Assembly (NCBI GenBank): GCA_964016885.1
Contig: OZ024749.1
Coordinates: 31,186,001 to 31,250,000, forward strand
Direction of reading: 5' to 3'
DNA: 64,000 nt
Source of the DNA: Eledone cirrhosa
Taxonomy: Eukaryota
The position numbers were made by a program, and so were the translations under genes. Shown here one piece after another: positions 58,734 to 64,000 of the stretch. A model generated the notes under the pieces. It made no database searches. It was not told the DNA's origin and was given only the letters and a program-made list of their open reading frames with translations. How positions within the stretch are numbered: the stretch's first letter is position 1; every line of letters begins with the position of its first letter.

Positions 58734-58826
58734 ACATATTATAATCGTTTCTCTGGCGACCAGCTCGAGGCTCGATTGATCCGATGATCGAACCTGACTC
58801 TGAAATCGCAAGATCCTCAGATACGT
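58734..58826 (-). ncRNA. Hammerhead motif with long branched stem II
   Basis: ACGTAT CTGAGGA TCTtGCGATT..AGGTTCGAT-loop-ATCGAGCCT..GGTCGCcAGA GAAA cgatta TA ATATGT. Confidence 0.6.
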
Positions 58827-58894
58827 CTCGATGTTTCGAATATATATATATATATATACATATATATGTATAGTATATATGTGAATATATATAT

Positions 58895-58950
<56 letters not shown>

Positions 58951-59299
58951 GATAAGTTTATGTGTGTAGTGTCAATCACTTTTATTCTCTCGTTTTGAAG
59001 ATCGCATGACGTAAATCCTGAATGTAATGAATATTCGATTTGATTCAGCAGCGAGGTCTATTTCTATATAGAGTCTAAATATATGCTTGTATTGAAGTAA
59101 CTTTATATAATTTAGATATGATACAGATTAATAGATATTTAGTGGCTTCATAGTAGATTGATAGTCGAAGATTCGTGAATCATTGATCACCGGAAATAAT
59201 ATCATTTAATGATTTTAACGATTGCTAATATATTAATTGTCTAAGCGAGACATCTGCTGATAGTATTAATGAGTTTTGGTCTAAATGACAATCAGTAAT

Positions 59300-60140
59300 A
59301 GTTACTTCTAGAAACTGTGTTCAATTTCCACCAATTCTAATCATTTTAATTTCTAGAAACCGAGTTCAAATCACATAAGTTATAATATTTTCTAGAACCT
59401 CTTTATCTCATATCAACTCTATTAATTTCTAGAAATTAGTTTACATCAGATCAGCTCTTCTACATTCTAAGAACTGTTCTAGTCCCATTAACTCGGGTAC
59501 TTTCCAGAAACTCTGTTCTAGTCACTTCAACTCTGACGCTTTCTAGAATCTCTGTTCTAATCTCATTAACTCTAATACTATCTGGAAACAATGTACTCCT
59601 CACATTAACTCTTATAATTTCTAGAAATGTGTTCAAATTATGTTAGCTATAATGCTTTCCAGAAACTGATTTCAAATCAAATGAAATCTAATAATTCTTA
59701 GAAAATCTGTTCAAGTTACATCAACTCTGATACTTTCTAGCGATTGTGTTCTAGTTACAACAAATCTAATACTTTCCAGAAAAAGTGTTCTAGTCACATA
59801 AGATCTTAAATGTTTAAACCACACATCAACTTAAATTTCTAGAAATAGGTTCAAATTGCATCAACTCTAATACTTTCTAGCGACTCTGTTTAAATCACAC
59901 CATTTGTTCTACTTTCTAGAACTATTTCCTAGTCATATCAACTTTAATAGTTTCTAGAAACGGAGTTCAAATCACATCAGACCTAATACTTTCTTGACAG
60001 TGAGCTCAAGTCTGATTCAACTCTAATAATTTCTAGAAACCGAGTTTAAATCACATCAATTCTTATGCTCTCTAAAAACTGTGTTTAAACCAGACCAGCT
60101 ATAATACATTCCATAAACTCTCTTTAAATGACATCAACTA
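59300..60140. repeat. Degenerate about 39-bp minisatellite, about 21 units
   Basis: Consensus by eye CTTTCTAGAAACTGTGTTCAAATCACATCAACTCTAATA. Confidence 0.85.
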
Positions 60141-61905
60141 TTCATATCATCATCTCTGATGAAAACTACAAATAATAAAACATATTCCAAGGTCATCCAT
60201 TTTTCACAAATGATTTCACTTCTTCCCTGTCGAAATTAAATACATGTTCCAAACAGAAGTTGAATCTTGGTGTTATAAATGACAAATGTAACAATTCACT
60301 GTATCTGTTGATCTGTTGATCTGTTACATTTTAGTTTTTCTTTCAAATGTTAGAGATATCAGTTTTGTATTACTTTCATTCTGGGTCATTACTACACGTT
60401 GGTTACGAGTAAAGAGTTAATTTAATCACCTGCAGCTTTTGCATACAGATTTCTATTGCTCTGCTTCTCGCAAGGAAATACAGACGTATTTCTAATTATG
60501 TAATTCTACAAGGACTTCAGAAAGTGTTACATTGCTTTAGCTTCAAATTGCCAGTGAGATTATACCATTTCCTGAAAACAGACCACTTTATTTATATCGA
60601 TAATTAATTTAAGAATGCCAGGAAAGTCACGCAATATCAATTGTCAACTGACTCTGACATATAGCTGTGAACTGTTGCTTAGGTTACTAACAAACACACA
60701 CAAATGCATACACACTTAGACAGACACTCACATCAATATACAAATATCTTCACAAATTCTTAAAGAATATTTTCTCTTTAGGTATTTAGTCCTTATTTCT
60801 GCTTACCTATTCCCCATAGACATTCGTTATAGACCGAAATGATTTGAGATCATAATACGTTGTAGTTTGCTTAAAGCATTGTATATGATATATAATGTGG
60901 AAAGTGATAAAAGGCTAAACAATGTAAAATTGACTGTAAGATAAACGTAACGAAAAAGTAAGCTTTCTGTTAATCTTTGTTTTTTTTTTGCTGTTGCTGT
61001 TGTCTCTATCGTCCTACTATTTTGGGACTTAAAATTATCTTCTTCTCAGTGTTAGGAACTTTCAGAGAAATGTTGTTCCGGTTTCTTCTCTTTGGGATTG
61101 AATTTATATTTATATTTCTTAAATCACTTTATGGCGTTGTTTGATACTTATTTTGCAATTCACGGGATTGACGTCAATTGCCGATGAAGTATTTCATGGA
61201 ATCAATTTCCTTTCGTTTTGTTTTGTATGAGATGTTGTTTAGGTTGCCTGTACGTGAGTGTGGGTGTGTCTTTTTACATTAAGTATTATGTGATGAGTTC
61301 TAATCTATTATTTATATGCACATACATATAATCAAGTGATTATATTTGTATAGTGGATGCGTATTTTAAAAGATACTTGGATTTTCCATTAAGTCGAATA
61401 AGGAAATAATACAAATGTTAAGCCTATCCCCAAAGGAAGATAACAAAGTTTCACTCAACCAGGAAACAGTAAGTAAGCATGAAAAAGAGAGAATTCCACA
61501 GACGACAATAGTATGAACTGATGTCGAGCATGACATGCCAACAAATAATCATCTGCGAAGCATTTAGATGAAGATAGATTGAGGTTGAGAGGAAAATGGA
61601 TAACAGCTCAATTGTAGGCATATATCCACTCTGATATACACATACGCACACACATACACATACACATACAGACACACATACACACATACACAGACATATA
61701 TACAGACGCGCGCATACACATACAGACACACATACACACATATTTGTATAAAAGATAGATGAGTGACGATAAAATTACGAATGGAAAAATAGTAAATTAA
61801 TTTCAAAATTTGTAAATATATGACAAACTTTGAAATGCAGTTTTATGCGAAACCGGTTAATACAAAAGTACAACAATTATTCTTTTTCTACTTAATATAT
61901 ATGCA

Positions 61906-62349
61906 TGCTACTGGTAACATGTAACCCATTACGACCTGTCTCATGGTCGGGTCGTTGGCCACTAAACCGGCAAGCAGCAAGTTGCTTGTTGAGATGGATG
62001 ATATTTGGACAACCTGCGGGATGAAATACAAGGCCCGGCAAAAGGCGGAAGAACTCAGTAGAGCCAACGGCCCTCCAAATAGTGCTTTTTTTTCACCTAG
62101 GAGTGAAAGGCCCCCTGTTGTTGTCACAACATCTTTCTAAAAGAGGGTAAATCTGAAAAAACCTACAGCTTCGGAAGCATCCGATGATGTGGACGAGTTC
62201 TCCTTCTCGGTTAGTGTTTCAAAGCACAGGCATTGCTGGTTCAGGATATGGTACAGGTTCGTGTAGCTGGCCGTAGCCTAAAGGTGCACCAAACTCTATA
62301 ATCTGACAGGCAATTGCAATACTCTTAGCACAGTTTGCAGCCATCATGT
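61906..62349. mobile_element. Unclassified about 440-bp dispersed element, second full copy
   Basis: Same termini and internal blocks as 47121-47548. Confidence 0.7.
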
Positions 62350-62802
62350 ATGTTTATATGTTTATATGTTTATATGTATGTATGTTCCTTGATTGTATAC
62401 GTTATAATATAAGTTATCTGAAACATATATACATATATACATCCATATCGAGACAAGAATCTCAGATAAACAGTTTACCTTAAATTCTAAAGTTTCCTAA
62501 CACCCTAAAGTAATATCGTACTTTACATCAAAATTCTATTACAATCGCTATTAAGCAGCGGTATTTCAGGTAATATAATACGTTAAGCCATTTATTCGGG
62601 TTTTTAAAGAAATTAACATATGGAGCAGTTATAAATCGTATTAGTGTTGTACATTAAATAGCAACAGCTATAATATATTAATTATATAATACGTTGTTAA
62701 TTACGTGACATTATCTATGTTGTTTTTATTTGATTTTTCTAAAAAAAACATTATATATCTGATAATTATATAGAGAAGTGTATATATATATGTATATATA
62801 TA

Positions 62803-62844
<42 letters not shown>

Positions 62845-62856
62845 CATATATAGGTG

Positions 62857-62918
<62 letters not shown>

Positions 62919-62920
62919 TG

Positions 62921-62980
<60 letters not shown>

Positions 62981-62982
62981 TG

Positions 62983-63022
<40 letters not shown>

Positions 63023-63062
63023 TGTATGTATATATATATATATATGTATGTATGTATGTATG

Positions 63063-63170
<108 letters not shown>

Positions 63171-63293
63171 TATATATATATACATATATATACATATATA
63201 TATGTATGCATGTGTGTATGAATATATATGAATATATGAATGTATATTATATATATAAATATGTATATATGGATATATATAAACACATATATT

Positions 63294-63359
<66 letters not shown>

Positions 63360-64000
63360 TATATGTATGGGTGTGTGTATGTATGTACATGTTTTTCTGC
63401 ATATTCATATAACTGTATGTACCTGTTTCTGATGGAGTGTCAGATTATATATGTAATTGCGAAATGAAAGTGAATATTTCAAAATATATACAAAACAGAA
63501 AACAACATATCTCAACGCTATGAACATATTTCGTGAGATATTTGTAAATGTTATTAAGGCAAACAAAGCCACATTTCTTATTGCAGAACTAATATTAGTG
63601 CCAGTCATTTTATGTTTGTTGTGTCATAATTAAATATAAGCGGGGAATAAGCAGAGGCGGAAGAAAGTCAGGTAGGATGCTCCCCGATATTCGGTGATTT
63701 CAAATTATGGCAGGGGAGTAATATTTGGCTTTCATTCTTTTGAAATCAATAAATATATATATTATGCGTGCATACACATGCTTATATATTTCTTCTCAAC
63801 AAGAAAGACTATACACACTTGCATCAACAACATCTTTAATTTTTAATTTTTAATTCTTTTTAATTCTTTTTTATTTGTAATACTCAACATTTGATAAGAT
63901 CGATTTTACTAATACATCGACACTGGTTATATTTTAAATATTCTATATTCATAATAAAGCACTTTTATTAAAGAATTATCCCTCTCATGTTTTCAATAAT

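Overview
This is AT-rich eukaryotic DNA saturated with microsatellites ((TA)n, (CA)n, (GA)n, (TAA)n, (GAA)n). The repeat content looks like an octopus or other coleoid cephalopod, which is an inference from SINE and LINE types. I find no intact host protein-coding gene, and almost all ORF-track entries are microsatellite artefacts. Recognisable coding remnants are all retroelement pseudogenes: two Penelope-like (PLE) GIY-YIG endonuclease fragments, one PLE reverse transcriptase fragment, two RTE LINE tails and two R4/Dong-like tails. There are also tRNA-derived SINEs (two as tandem arrays), a non-autonomous Helitron, hAT and Tc1/pogo MITEs and a probable solo LTR. The main hidden signal is RNA-level. 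The short 'unique' islands between (TA)n runs belong to about 9 repeat families carrying type I hammerhead ribozyme (HHR) motifs, about 15 motifs read by eye on both strands. Many are arranged as snap-back inverted repeats. One forms a 374-nt circularly permuted, retrozyme-like monomer. One family has a recurrent non-canonical CAGAAGA core, and one has a long branched stem II. All folding was done by eye and ribozyme activity is untested.
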